A stretch of 64,000 nt of DNA, from assembly GCF_020745735.1 (NCBI RefSeq), contig NC_083410.1, positions 3,818,117 through 3,882,116 of the forward strand, read 5' to 3'. The notes below the pieces were generated by a model, which was not told the origin of the DNA, searched no databases, and was given only the letters and a program-made list of their open reading frames with translations. Below are positions 22,680 through 36,222 of the stretch, one piece after another (within the stretch, counting starts at the first letter, position 1; each line of letters opens with the position of its first letter). The stretch is from Hemiscyllium ocellatum (Eukaryota). The position numbers were made by a program, and so were the translations under genes.

Positions 22680-24895
22680 TCATCCAACAACTGTCTGATG
22701 TCCGCCCGCGTCCCCCACCTTAGCTTCTGAGCGTACCTTTCTCATCAAGACTCCCACCCACTCTCCAAGGACCCCTCTCGCCCACCTCCAACACACCCTA
22801 TCCACCTGAACACCCAGTGCCAGTCTATTATCCACGCTTGACCTCTTTATTTCCAACTGCTGCCGAGACATTGACTGTCTCAACCTGTCTACCCCACTCC
22901 AACCTCTCACCCTCACAGCACGCAGTCCTTCACTCCCTCTACTCCAACCCCAAGCTCACCATCAAACCCGCGGACAAAGAAGGTGCAGTGGTAGTTTGGT
23001 GCACTGACCTCTGCACCACTGAATTCAGGCATCACCTTGAAGACACCTCCTCCTATTGCCCCCTCAATCATTACCTCACCACCCATCACCAAACCATCAT
23101 CTCCCTGACCATACACTACCTCATCACCTCAAGAGATCTCCCACTCACAGCTTGCAACCTCATAGTTCGGGAATCATGCACCACCCGATTCTACATCCTT
23201 CCCAAGATTCACAAGCCTGACTACCCCAGCTGACCCATTGTCTCAGCCTGCTCCTGCTCCACCAAATTCATCTCCGCCTACCTCAATACTGTACTATACC
23301 CCCACTGGTCCAGGAACTCCCCACATATATTCGAGACACCACCCACACCATCCACCTCCTCCAAGACTTTTGTTTCGCCGGCCCCAATGCCTCATCTTCA
23401 CCATGGATATCCAATCCCTCTACACCTCCAACCACCATGACCAGGGCAACCAAGCTGTCTGTTTCTTTCTCTCCCAACATCCCCACCAGTACCCTTCCAT
23501 TGACACAGTTTGGCTGAACTAGTCCTAACTCTTAACAATTTCTCTTTCGAATCCTCCCATTTCCTCCATATGAAATGGGTAGCCATGGGCACCCACATGG
23601 GCCACAGCTATGCCTGTCATTTTGTTGACTACGTGGAACATTCTATCTTCTACAGTTAAACTGAGATCACTCCCCACCTCTTCCTACGCTACATTGATGA
23701 CCGCATCGGCACCACCTTGTGCTCCACGAGGAGGTTGAACAGGTCATCAACTTCTCCAACACATTTCATTCCGACCTTAAATTTACATGGACCATCTCTG
23801 AACCCTCCCTCCTCTTCCTAGACCTCTACATCTCCATCAACAATGACCCATTCAACACTGACATTTTGTACAAACCTACCGACTTCCACAGCTACCTGGA
23901 TTACACCTCCTCCCACCCTACCTCCTGCAAAAATGCTATCCTGTATTTCCAATTTCTCCGCTTCCCAGGTGGACCAGTTCCACCACAGAACACACATGCT
24001 AGCCTCCCTTTTGAAAAACCACAACATTTCCACCACCTCAAAACAGACCCTACCACTAGGGATATATTTCCCTCCCCATCCTTATCCACTTTCCGCAAAC
24101 ACCATTCCCTCCGCTACTACCTGGTCAGGTCCAGGCCCCCCAAGAACACACCCTCCCCTCCTGGCACCTTCTCCTGCCACTGCAGGAATTGCAAACTCTG
24201 CACATGCACCTTCCCAAAGGAGCCTTCCACATCCATCAAGGTTTCAACTGCACTTCCACACATGTCATTTATTGTATCCATTGCTCCCGATGTGGTCTCC
24301 TCTACATTGGGGAGACTGAACGCCTCTCGCAGAGCGCTTTAGGGAACATCTCCGGGACACCCGCACCAATAAATCCCACTGCCCTGTGGCTGAACATTTC
24401 AATGCCCCCTCCCACTCTGCTGAGGACATGCAGGTCCTGGGCCTCCTTCACTGCGACTCCCTTACCACCCAACACTTGGAGGAACAACGCCTCAGCTTCC
24501 ACCTTCAACCCCAGGGCATCAATGTGGACTTCAATAGTTTCCTCATTTCCCTTCTCCCCCAACTTACCCCGGTTCCAATCTTCCAGCTCAGTGCCACCCT
24601 CATGATCTGTCCCACTTGTCAATCTTCCTTCCCACCTATCCACTCCACCCTCCTCTCTGATCTATCACCTTTACCCCACCTCTATCCACCTAATGCACCC
24701 TCAGCTACCTTCTCCCTAGCCCCACCCCTTCCCATTGATCTCTCCATCCGGAGGCTCCAAACCTCATACCTGATGAAGGGCTTTTGCCCAAAATGTTGAT
24801 TTTCTTGCTCCGCGGATGCTGCCCGACCTGCTGTGTTTTACCAACGCTACTTGAATCTCGACTCTAATCTCCAGTTTCTGCAGTACCCGCTTCTG
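22680..24895 (+). mobile_element. Decayed Penelope-like retroelement (RT + GIY-YIG)
   Basis: TIKPADKEGAVVVW, FYILPKIHKPD, FTMDIQSLYT, AMGTHMG, YIDD, YKPTDFHSYLDY and YCIHCSRCGLLYIGET motifs. Confidence 0.9.
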
Positions 24896-24926
24896 CTATG
24901 TCCATATATTCCCAGAGCCTGACTTT

Positions 24927-25011
24927 ACTGGGCACTCAGACCCTTCAAGACCCTGAGATCACTGGGCACTCAGACCCCCTCAGATCCTGAGATTACTGGG
25001 TACTCAGACCC
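24927..25011. repeat. 34-bp minisatellite, about 2.5 units
   Basis: actgggcactcagacc..ctgagatt units start at 24927, 24961 and 24995. Confidence 0.9.
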
Positions 25012-25013
25012 TG

Positions 25014-25697
25014 ATAGAACCTGGAACAGTACAGCACATGAATGGGCCCTTTGGCCCATGATGTTGTGCTGAACATGATACCAAATTAACTAATCCCTTC
25101 TGCCTGCCCTTGGTCCATACCTCTCTATTCCTTGAATATCCATGACGCTTGTTTAAAAGCCCCTTCAACACCCCGATTATATCCACCACGACCCCTGGCA
25201 GTGCATTCCAGAGTCATCTCACTCTGTTTATGAAAGAACCGCCCCTCACATCTCCTGTGAACATCCCCTCTCTCACTCTCTCCCTATAGTATTTGATGTT
25301 TCAACTCTGGGAAAAGGATTCTGGCCATCAATCCTATCGATGCATCTCATTATCTTATGGACTTTGATCAAACCTCTTCCCTGTCTCTGCTGCTCCATGC
25401 ATGACCACGTTCAGGGAGTTGTGGACCTGAACCCCAAGATCCGTTTGTACATCAATGCTGTTCAGGGTCCTGCCATTAAATGTGTACTTTTCCTTAACAT
25501 ACGATCTCCCGAAGTGCAGCAACCCACACTTACTCGGATTAAAATCTATTTGCCATTTTTCCATCTGTGTTTGCAACTGATCGATATCCCACTGTATCCT
25601 TTGACAACCCCAATACCATCAGCAACTCCACTGATCTTTGTATCACCCGGAAACTTACTAATCCACCCGTCTACATTTTCATCTCAGTCATTTATAT
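25014..25697 (-). mobile_element. CR1 3' half (apparent continuation at about 30060-30460)
   Basis: gaacctggaacagtacagc tail near 25016 and an RT IND..GWISKF region at 25630-25697. More upstream RT motifs appear on the minus strand at about 30060-30460. Confidence 0.7.
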
Positions 25698-25924
25698 TGT
25701 TATAAAGCGGACATCGATGCCCCTCTGAGAACTGAAACTGAAACACTCAAAGTGGAGCACCTCGCTTTATAGTCTATAAAAGGAGTTTGAAACAGGGGTA
25801 TCCTGCTTTTCAGCAACTTCTAGTGATGAAATAAAGTAAATCCCTGACACTCACTTTACAATTAATAAGTAGCAATTTATATATGTAACTTTAACAGTGA
25901 ACGAATTAACTCAACTATTCACAA

Positions 25925-26260
25925 CAGGGAGGTAAGGGCCAAGTGGTATTATCACTGGACACTTAACCCAGAAACACAGGTCGTATTCTGGGGACCTGGG
26001 TTCAAATGGCACATGGTAGAAGTTAAATGCAACAAAAAAACTCTGGAATTAAGAGTGTAACAATGTCAATTGTTGGAAAAACCCACCTGGTTCACTAATG
26101 CCCTTCAGTGAAGGAAACTACCATCCTTACCTGGTCTGGCCTACATGTGACTCCAGGACCCACAGCCATGTGGTTGACTCTGAACTGCCCTCTGGGCAAT
26201 TAAGAATGAGGCAATAAATGCTGGTCTAGTCAGAGAAACCCACGTCCCATGAAAGAATTT
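25925..26260 (+). mobile_element. tRNA-derived SINE resembling elasmobranch Deu-domain SINEs (related copy at about 45290-45590)
   Basis: tRNA-like head (gggccaagtggtattatcactggac..gggttcaaat) plus ccatccttacctggtctggcctacatgtgactccag core. Family assignment is from recall only. Confidence 0.6.
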
Positions 26261-26721
26261 TTAAAAAGCCAAATAAATCCCTTCTAAGTATTGACTATTC
26301 CAAATAAAACAAGATTTTAGTGCCATGCTATCCCAATAAATACAAAGCTCACTCATAAAACAAAAAAAAATAGCATTTAGTTTCTCAAGATTACAGCCTG
26401 GTTACATGTCTTCTGGAACCTTCTGTGCCGACACCATCAATCCTTCTGTCAGGAATATTAACGAGTTGTGCCGCTAGTACCGTTGTTATTTAGATTGTGC
26501 TTTCTGTCAGAAGTAGATGAAGTTGTGAGTGCCAGCGATTCTCTCTCAAGGGCTGAGGGCTGGCAGCTAGCTCTGGTGGATGGCAGCTAGCTCTCGGGTC
26601 ATTGTTCAACTGCCCCCTTCTTTTATACCCATGATGACATCTCAATATTTCTCACAATAGGATTGGTCCTATGTTGTCAAAACTATCAGATTTAAATTTA
26701 ATAGGTTTTTGGTATCTAAGT

Positions 26722-26908
26722 GTAACTGAGGATGACAGAGTTAAAAAGTGTGGCACTGGAAAAACACTCAGGTCAGGCAGCATCCGAGGAGCAGGAGAGT
26801 CAACATTTCAGGCATTCCTGATAAAGAGCTTATGCCTGAAACTTCGACATTTCTGCTCCTTGGATGCTGCCTGACTGGCTGTGCTTTTGCAGCACTGATC
26901 TTTTTGAC
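26722..26908. mobile_element. Palindromic mini-element derived from Penelope terminal repeat
   Basis: Arms ggcagcatccgaggagcagg..tttcaggcat and atgcctgaaac..tgctccttggatgctgcc, flanked by ttttg(g/a)tatctaagt direct repeats. Confidence 0.75.
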
Positions 26909-29014
26909 TTTTGATATCTAAGTACCTGGTTCAAATTGATTGGCTAAACTCAAAGTAATGTTGTCTTAATAAAAACTGCTGTTTGGTCTGCTAACTGTAT
27001 AGCCTTTCAATACAAATATTCCAATCTCGGTTCTCTGGCTACTTGCAAATTTTTAAGCTGCTGCTCACAGACACCCATTGTAAACCTCTCAGCACAGAAA
27101 AACACCATCTTTTTAAGGGGTCAGATACTGCTTTCCCACCAAACATTTTAGATATTCCAAATTGTAACTCCCTGCCTCCTAATCTACAAGTATTCTGCCC
27201 AACTTTGCAACACCTCACCCCTTCAGAAAACAATGGACGTAGAGGGATGGCTTCATTTTTGTCTTCTTTTAAAGCTGTAACTCCATTACATTACTGGATC
27301 CAGAGCTTAAAAATCCAGAGTTGCACATTTTATACAAATTATATTCATCTCTGGCATTGAACATGACCATTTCTATCTTACATGAGCCTTTTTTTTAAAC
27401 TCACGATAAAGTGTCTTTGCTAATATTTTCACAACATGTACAATCTGTAAATTAAATGTTTATAACGTGAGACTTCAACAAAATATTTCGGTGTTCTTAT
27501 CCTTAAATCTGTCTGGAAATGTCAAAAGATTGTGATCAGTATACACAATTATCTTTGATATATTATCGACAAAGTAAACATTAAAATGCTTGAGGCTATT
27601 CTCGAATTCAACAACTCTTTTCAATGTGGATTTCTTTTCTGGTGCAAATTGAGCTTTGTTTGAAAAATAACCAGTTGATCTTTCTATTCCACAATCATTC
27701 TCCTGTAACAACACTACTCCCACACTTACATCATTTGGATCAATAGTGACTTTGAAGGGTTTCAAAAAAATTTGCTGTGGCTAAAACTGGTGCTATGCTT
27801 AACAAAACTTTTAATTCTCAAACACCTCCAGGCATTATTCTGATCACTGAAATTTCAGGTTCTTTTTTTACAAATCTGCCAATGGTGCCACTACACTTTA
27901 AAGTTTGGTACAAATTTCAATCCCAAAAATTGGAGCACTTCCTTCTTCGATGACAGCATTGGAAATTCTTCAATGGTCCTCAACTTCACGTTCCTCGGTG
28001 TTATCCGTCCGTGTCCAATGTTATGCCCTACGAATGTCACTTCTGCCTTTGCAAAGTCTGTTTTTCCAAGAGTCTGACCAGTTTTGTGTTGTGTAGCCTC
28101 TGAAAAAGCTCTGTTAAATGCTTTATGTGATCTTTCCAATGAATAGCTGAAGATCCCACCGCCATCTACGGAGACGCCACAATTAGTCAATCCTGCAACA
28201 ACTCTGTTCATAAGCCTTTGAAAAGTGGCTGGTGCATGTTTCATTCCAAATGGTGTCACTTTAAATTGAAATAATCCATTTATGGTTATAAAAGCAGAGA
28301 CTTCTTTTGCTCACTCCAACAAAGGTACTTGCCACCAACCACAAAGTAAGTCCAATTTTGTAATGTAAGTGGCTTGTCCTAATTTATCTATACAATCCTC
28401 CAACCTTGAAATTGGATATGAGTCAAATTTGGTTGCAGTGTTGACTCTCCACTAATGTACACAGAATTGTTGACTACCATCAGGTTTGGGAACTAACACA
28501 ATTGGTGAACTCAACTCATTTTGATGCATCGCTATGATATATTCTTGGAGCATCATTTCCACTTTCTTCTGAACCTGCACTACTTTAAGAGGATTACACC
28601 TGTCGGGGTGTTATTTGAATGGAACAGCATTCCCTACATCAATCTCATATAGTCTCATATTAATCCTCCCCATTCTATTTCTACATTAATTCTCAGAGCA
28701 CTATGACAAGTCTTTTAATGCAGTCCTCTGTTCCTGGGGCAGATAGATCACTGCCCGATCCCAATCCTTGAGGAGTTCCTCATTATTCAACTTGTCCTGA
28801 AGGATATCATAATCCAAATCATCTGGATTTGATTCCTCACTCTGAGTGCTTCTCCAGCTCCCTTTCCCTGTCATAGTAATGCTTCAGCAAGATCACATCA
28901 TAGACCAATTAAATGTTTTACCAGGTAATTCACTAAACTTACCTTCTCAATCTGATGAGGACCACTAAACCTTGTTTTGCATGGGTCTCCTCTTATTGGT
29001 TACAGCAAGATCCT

Positions 29015-29740
29015 GTGATGAGATATTTGCATCTTTGATAGTCGCAGGTGAGGTGCCAGAAGACTGGGGGTTGTCTAACATGGTGCCATTATTGAAGAAA
29101 GGTGATAAGGACAAGTCAAGAAATAAGAAAACATCAGAGGATTGAGTTGGGAGTTATACAGCTGTACAGGATGCTGGTGAGGTCGCTTTTGGAATGTTGT
29201 GTGAAATTCTCACCTTCTTCCTATCAGAAGGTTGTTATGAAATATGAAAAGGTTCAGAGAAGATTTACAAGAGTTTACAAGGTGGGAGGGCTTGAGCTAT
29301 AGGGAGAAGTTGAATAGGTTGGGGCTGTTTTCACTGGAATGTTGGAGGCTGAGGGGTGACCTTATCGAGGTTTATAAAATCATGAAGAGCATGGATAGGT
29401 TAAGCAGACAAGATCTTTTCTCTGGGGTGAGGGAGTCCAGAACTAGAGGGCATAGGTTTAAGGTCAGAGGAGAAAGATGTGAATGGGACCTAATGGCAAC
29501 TTTTAAACACAAAGGGTGGTGCAGGTTTGTAATGAGCTGCAAGAGGAATTGGTGTATGCTGGTACAATGGCAACATTTTCAAGGCATCTGGATGGGCATA
29601 TGAATAGGAAGGGTTTAAAGGGATATGTGCCAAGTGCTGGCAATTGGGACAGGATTAGGTTAGGCTATCTGGTCGGCATGAATGAGTTGGACCAAAGGGT
29701 CTGTTTCTGTGCTGTACAAATCTATGACTCTATGACTCTC
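29015..29740 (+). mobile_element. CR1 3' portion
   Basis: LNRLGLFSLECWRLRGDLIEVYKIMK motif; ctatgactctatgactct tail near 29725. Confidence 0.85.
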
Positions 29741-30469
29741 AAAACCTGTTGTCTTGGCAAAAACCGTTGCTTGGACTACTAACTGTATGGCCTTCTGATA
29801 CAAATGTTTCAATTTGGGTGCTTTCTGGGCACTTATAAACTTTCAAGCTGATGCTCATAGACATCCATTCTAAAACTTTAAGCAGAGAAAAAACACATGA
29901 TCTTTCAAAAGAACCATGCAATGCTTCCCACCCCTCTCCCAGCACTTTACAAACATCGAATTCAAACTTCCTGCCTCACAATTGTTAAGTAATCTACCCA
30001 AATTTGCAAAAATATATTTCAAAAACAGCAGAGTGTTCCATGGATTCATGTGGAACAACCCTAGTCATGAATATCCTTCATAAAAAAAAACACTCTTCCA
30101 TCACTACCTTCTGCCTTTGATGGACAAACCAATTCTGAATTCATATAGCACTGTCACTGAGGATCCCACGCAATCTAATCTTCTGGATGAGCTGACCATG
30201 AGGGACATTGTCATCCATGGAAACAATATTTATTGCCTGTCCTCAGCGATACTTGAAAAACTCAATTAAGTTAGTAAGGCATTACCTTCCCTGCACAAAG
30301 CCATGCTGACTGTCCATAATTAGGCCATGTTATTGTGAATATACTTAAGTCCTATCCCGAAGAATTCTCTCCAGTAGTTTACCAACCACCAATGTGAGAC
30401 TCACTGGTCTATAGTTTCCTACATTATCCCTATTTCCCTTGTTGAACAGAGGATCATCATTTTGATATG

Positions 30470-30653
30470 ACTGGGCACTCAGACCCTCGCACACTCTGAG
30501 ATTACTGGGCTCTCAGACCCTCTTAGACCCTGAGATTACTGAGCACGCTGATCCTTCCAGATCCTGAGATTACTGGGCACTCAGACCCTCCCTGGCTCTG
30601 AGATTACTGGGCACTCAGACTCACACAATCTCTGAGATTACTGGGCACTCAGA
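30470..30653. repeat. 34-bp minisatellite, about 5.5 units (same unit as 24927)
   Basis: Units start at 30470, 30504, 30538, 30572, 30606 and 30640. Confidence 0.92.
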
Positions 30654-33059
30654 TAGTGCAGTAGTTCAGCATGGGGGTGGAAGGTGCAGGAGGCAGTACA
30701 GTCACTGAGATTATTTTCCCTCTGCTGCTCCCTCTAGCATTGTGCAGAACAACAGCAGGGACATTGTGGGAACAGCTTGAATTGCGTATTCCCTCCAAGT
30801 CCCAGTCCACCCTGATTTGAAATCTCAGCCTTTCCTTCCTCAGCACTGGCTCTGGTTATTGGAATTCCCCAGTTAACAGCCAGCACTGGGTCAATGGAGG
30901 CAGGCCTCAGCTTGACCAGGATGAGGCAAGCCATGCCTTAAATTGGAGACATTCGTCGCATTGTTGGGAAAAATAATGATTGACAGTTTGATCATTAAAG
31001 TTGGAACATCCCGAGAATGTTGCCTGGGTCTCTGGTTTAATCTTCTCATGATAATCCTATTCAGCCATTGACTGCCCTCAGTGTGATTTATACTTTAATC
31101 TCGCTGAGTTGTGCAGCTTGGGTTGGTTTCATTTTACCAGTCTTTTCTGAATTGTTGCCTCATTCCTCCAAAACAGGAATATGGGAGCAAGAGTGTACCA
31201 TTCAGCCCCTCTAGCCTGCTATCCCATGCAATAAGATGGCAGCTGATTGGATTGTGTTCTCCATCCACTTTCCTGTCTGACTTTTGAACCCTTGACTCCC
31301 TTGTCTCATGAAACCTCCAGCAACCAATGGACAATCGAGTGTGACGGTGAGGGTCAATGTGGCAGCAGGATATGGGAGTTAGACAGCCATCTGACTGGAA
31401 TCTCTCTCCAGATGTTCCTGAGGAAATGCTGGCTCTGCCCTGGATCAGCCTGTTCACTTCATATCACTGACAGAATCATAGCTCCCTTTCGGACAGGTTC
31501 TGCTGGATTCGGGAGATATGTTTTCCTTCCTTTACTTCCAGCATTTTTATGGGTGATGGGGGAATGGGGTAGCCAGTGACAATTCTTTCCTCCCACACTC
31601 GTATTTGCTATCCTATATTTAGTCATTCAATTCCTTATCCTCAATGTCCCTCACCCTCTCTGTTTCCCTTCACCCCATGTACTCCCATCCTCCCTTTGAG
31701 TTCCTCCCTCTCCCATCTTTTCCACAAACTTCACTTTCTCTCTGTGCCCCTCACTTCCATTTTTTCCTGCCTACTCTATGGTGGCCATTCCCTACACCCC
31801 ACCATCACCCTCAAATTTTTCCTCAGAAGCCCTGTCTTGCTGGGGCTTTTATGGCTGACCATTCCATTGGTCTAAGTGGATGGAGGACAATCTCGTTTCA
31901 GACTCTCACAATATATTCCCCTCGACCTGGCCACCCTCCCCCTTCCTTCTCCAACCAGTTCCCTCTTTGACGTTGCTTCTCCAGAGCTTTCAATATACCC
32001 CAAAACCTAGACACACACAATGAGCCTGATTAATGAGGCATCCTGATCATTTGGGATCAATCCTTGGGATCTCATTGGGATCCAGTCAATGCAGGAGAAA
32101 GAGGAACACTGGATTGGGTCAGTACACATGTTGGTGAAGCAGCTCACTGGCTTCACTGTGAGCCTCAGGAATGTTTCAGCTGGCTGGGGGATTGGGGAGT
32201 TCAAGAGTCAGTGCCTTTGACCCTGGTTTACCAACCTTCCCACTTCTGATCCTGTCGCCAACAGCCCAGAACTTTCCAGGCTTCTGGGAGTATAAATGGA
32301 TGGGATGTGCTCTTGTGTAGTAGAGGCCTGGAGGGGGTCACAATGCTGCTGACTCAGAGACTGGAGCTAGAACATGGAGCTCTCTGTTCCTGCACATTCA
32401 CATTGAACCTGATCCCAGCAGCCACTTCACTCCAGAACGGCGTAAACATGGAAAGGGGGCGGGGGGGGGGTGAAGTTAAACCGCAGGCAGCTGGCTCAGA
32501 GCTGAATAATGAAGTGAATTGGAGCCTGTGACCACAGATTATTTGTGAGCTCACTACAAGAGGAAGGATTTGATGCCGTGACTGTGCTGCTGTTCCCTCT
32601 CCACAACTGCTCTCTAACATTTAGCCTCGTAACCACTTTCAGGAACAACTCTCTGACACTGAGCTGATGGCGAATACTCAATGCTCCTGAGGATACAGCT
32701 GCCACTAACCGGAGAACTGCCTGACAATCCTTTATATCCTTTACACGCTGCAAACGTGTCTTTGACCAACAACGTCAGCCAATTCTGAGTTGCTAATGGT
32801 TCTGTTTTAGCATCAGGGTCTCTCAGGTCAATCCTCCCAGGGATTGGTGCCGGTTAAACAAGCTTCTTTGAATCTGCTCCAAATCCCTCATGAATGTCTC
32901 TTGGATTGATCCATGCAACAACATTCATTCGGCAAACTCTGAGTCAGGCTGTGACCCCACAGTCAGATCTGGCAAACAGTTCAAACTGAGTCCCATCACC
33001 AGTGAGTCTGCTTCTGTCCTCACCAAGCATGCACCTCCCAGGGTGTGACAATGGATTAA

Positions 33060-34328
33060 TAGAACATAGAACATAGAACAATACAGCACAGAACAGGCCC
33101 TTCGACCATGATGTTGTGCCGAACATCTATCCTAGATTAAGCACCCATCCATGTACCTATCCAATTGCCGCTTAAAGGTCGCCAATGATTCTGACTCTAC
33201 CACTCCCACAGGCAGCGCATTCCATGCCCCCACCACTCTCTGGGTAAAGAACCCACCCCTGACATCTCCCCTATACCTTCCACCCTTCATCTTAAATTTA
33301 TGTCCCCTTGTAACACTCCCCTTATGTACCCGGGGAAAAAGTTTCTGACTGTCTGCTCTATCTATTCCTCTGATCATCTTATAAACCTCTATCAAGTCAC
33401 CCCTCATCCTTCGCCGTTCCAACGAGAAAAGGCCGAGAACTCTCAACCTATCCTCGTACGACCTATTCTCCATTCCAGGCAACATCCTGGTAAATCTTCT
33501 CTGCACCCTCTCCAAAGCTTCCACATCTTTCCTAAAGTGAGGCGAACCAGAACTGCACACAGTACTCCAAATGTGGCCTAACCAAAGTCCTGTACAGCTG
33601 CAACATCACTTCACGACTCTTGAATTCAATCCCTCTGCTAATGAACGCTAATACACCATAGGCCTTCTTACAAGCTCTATCCACCTGAGTGGTAACTTTC
33701 AAAGATCTATGTACATAGACCCCAAGATCCCTCTGTTCCTCCACCTGACTAAGAACGCTACCGTTAACCCTGTATTCCGCATTCTTATTTGTTCTTCCAA
33801 AATGGACAACCTCACACTTGGCAGGGTTGAACTCCATCTGCCACTCCTCAGCCCAGCTCTGCATCATATCTAAGTCCCTTTGCAGCTGACAACAGCCCTC
33901 CTTACTGTCCACAACTCCACCAATCTTCATATCACCTGCAAATTTACTGACCCACCCTTCGACTCCCTCATCCAAGTCATTAATAAAAATTACAAACAGC
34001 AGAGGACCCAGAACTGATCCCTGCGGAACTCCACTTGTAACTGGGCTCCAGGCTGAATATGTACCATCTACCACCACTCTCTGACTTCGACCGGTTAGCC
34101 AGTTTTCTATCCAATTGGCCAAATTTCCCTCTATCCCATGCCTCCTGACTTTCTGCATAAGCCTACCATGGGGAACCTTATCAAATGCCTTACTAAAATC
34201 CATGTACACTACATCCACTGCTCTACCCTCATCCACATGCTTGGTCACTTCCTCAAAGAATTCAATAAGACTTGTAAGGCAAGACCTACCCTTCACAAAT
34301 CCGTGCTGGCTGTCCCTAATCAAGCAGT
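33060..34328 (-). mobile_element. Well-preserved 5'-truncated CR1
   Basis: Long RT ORFs 33532-34323 and 33132-33560 separated by a single frame change; (tagaaca)n tail. Confidence 0.92.
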
Positions 34329-35447
34329 GAATAAAGAGAGTTCAGGATAATGAAAGATCGCTCAGGGGAATGAAGACTTAAACTATCAATATTGCGGTTG
34401 GGATCACTTTGAACAACATTGCACAGAGAATGAAACTGAGTGTCTTTGTTGGTTTCACTCAAAACCACATCAGCACCCAGTGCACCTTTAAAAATAAACA
34501 CATTCTGAAATGTCTGTGTGAGTGTCATGGTGGGTTTCAAATCATCGAACCAGGTTTGTGTTGGTGTTTCCCTCTCCAGGATAATGGGAGATGGGAATGG
34601 GGGAGAGCTGCCTGTTAGATGAAGCTGCAGCTCATGTTGCAGCTGGATAGAATGTTAGTTTGGTCACATTTGGAATATTGTGTACAGTTCTGGTTACCAC
34701 ACTCCCAAAACAATTTGGAGGCTTTGGAGAAGGGTGCAGGGCCTGAATTTCAGGTTCAGAAACACAGAGAGTATTGAAACTGATTGGATTGGGTACAGAA
34801 GTATGTGTGTTTATTATCTCACTCTGTAAATAAACTTAACATTGAGTAAAGGTTCACTGCAGCATCTGCAGTCCTCACTTTCTCCTAAAGGTTTACTGCA
34901 GTTGCCTTTTTTACCAACTGGTGGTGGGGGGTTTCTGAAATTGACAAGTGGGGTTAATTGGATATCTCAATCAAAGAACTAGCATCATCACAATGGGCTA
35001 AATGGCGTCTTCTGCTGCTGTGTTATTTGATGATTAAACTTGCTGTTTATTTCTGTCTAAGACAGGTTCCTGCCTCATTCTCACTTCTCGTAATTTCATT
35101 ATTTGACTTCTCAGCCCCAGGGAGGGAGACAACAGGTCACGGCTTGACCCTGAACCCGAGCATTTTAGACAAACAGGGATTGGAGCCCCAGCTGGCCTGA
35201 GATGGGACGTGTGATGGGGGGGGCGGGGAGATCCTGGAGGAGGGACAAGAGGGAAAGGTCAATGGGCACAGAGGTCTCCAAAAACAAATACTCGACAACC
35301 CATCCTCCGTTCCAGCCTAGGAGAGAGGGCAATGGACAGAGCATCCAATGTAGTTACTGAGACCCACCCAACCTTAAATACAACAGAATGGCAGGGTGTT
35401 GTCCACCCCAGTCCTCGGAAAAGAGGCACATTTGAAATAACTGGATG

Positions 35448-36222
35448 TGTTACGATATGTTGCAAACCCCTCTGTTGATTTAAACCAGCAAAGAGTCACC
35501 CCATGCTGTAATCTGCTAAAACTCAAGAGACAAAGAATTATCCCAAAAGTCACTAATTAAAGTTAAAAATTAACAACTTTATTCTTTAAGGCCAGCAGAG
35601 AATATTAAAACCAACATCTATTGACAATTCTTATCTCTTAAACCCATCTTTTACGTTCCACTCTCCAATACGAGTTCGATGAAAAATCCCAATTACAATT
35701 TACAAAAAAGTAATCACATTTCAAAGCCAGTCAGCTTTGCTGAATCTCCTTTGTAGATTCTCTCCGGGTCAGTTGTGATGTTCTGCTGTGCAGACTTCTG
35801 CCACAGACAGATGTCTCTCAGAGAGCTCTTAAACTAGCAGCCTACATCTGTTGGTCTTTTGGCAGTTCTCTCTCTACTGTTCAAAAATATCTGGTTTTAT
35901 ACCCCAAAACATCAGACCATTTCATTGATTGAAAGTTGGTATCTTGACACATGATTTAAATTGATTGACAGAATTTGAATTTGCTTTTGTCTCATGGCAA
36001 CCCATCTGCTACTATTTGTGTCAAACAAATGTTACATTGCCACATATTTCAGAACACTTCATGTTGTGTCAGTCAGGTCTTGCTAGTTTTTCAACTCTCT
36101 TAAAAGTACAGTATCTCTACACCCTCATAACAAATGGTTTAAAGGGACAACATAAGCACAGAAAGTTCCGGATGCACTCAAATAACAAGTGGTGAAGATA
36201 CTAATTTGAGGGGTTACTAACA
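35448..36222. mobile_element. Probable solo LTR
   Basis: TGTTA...TAACA termini about 775 bp apart with AT-rich LTR-like interior. No TSD seen. Confidence 0.45.

Larger units (their letters stand above)
25698..29010 (-). mobile_element. Decayed Gmr1-like Gypsy 3' half with 3' LTR
   Basis: Minus-strand order: GP-type integrase tail (RFSGPHQIEK), RT (TPFGMKHAPATFQRLMN), RNase H (KPFKVTIDPNDVSVGVVLLQ), polypurine tract near 27170-27180, LTR ending in TAACA at 25698. Confidence 0.85.

Noticed and set aside
30470-30653. CRISPR-like look of the 34-bp array (palindromic repeat plus variable part)
   Set aside because: Vertebrate DNA, variable parts only about 10 nt and related to each other, no cas genes. 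It is a minisatellite.
30671-30820. ATG followed by a signal-peptide-like IIFPLLLPLALC stretch as a candidate leader
   Set aside because: No convincing phase-1 donor, and it is 16 kb from the nearest downstream V exon.
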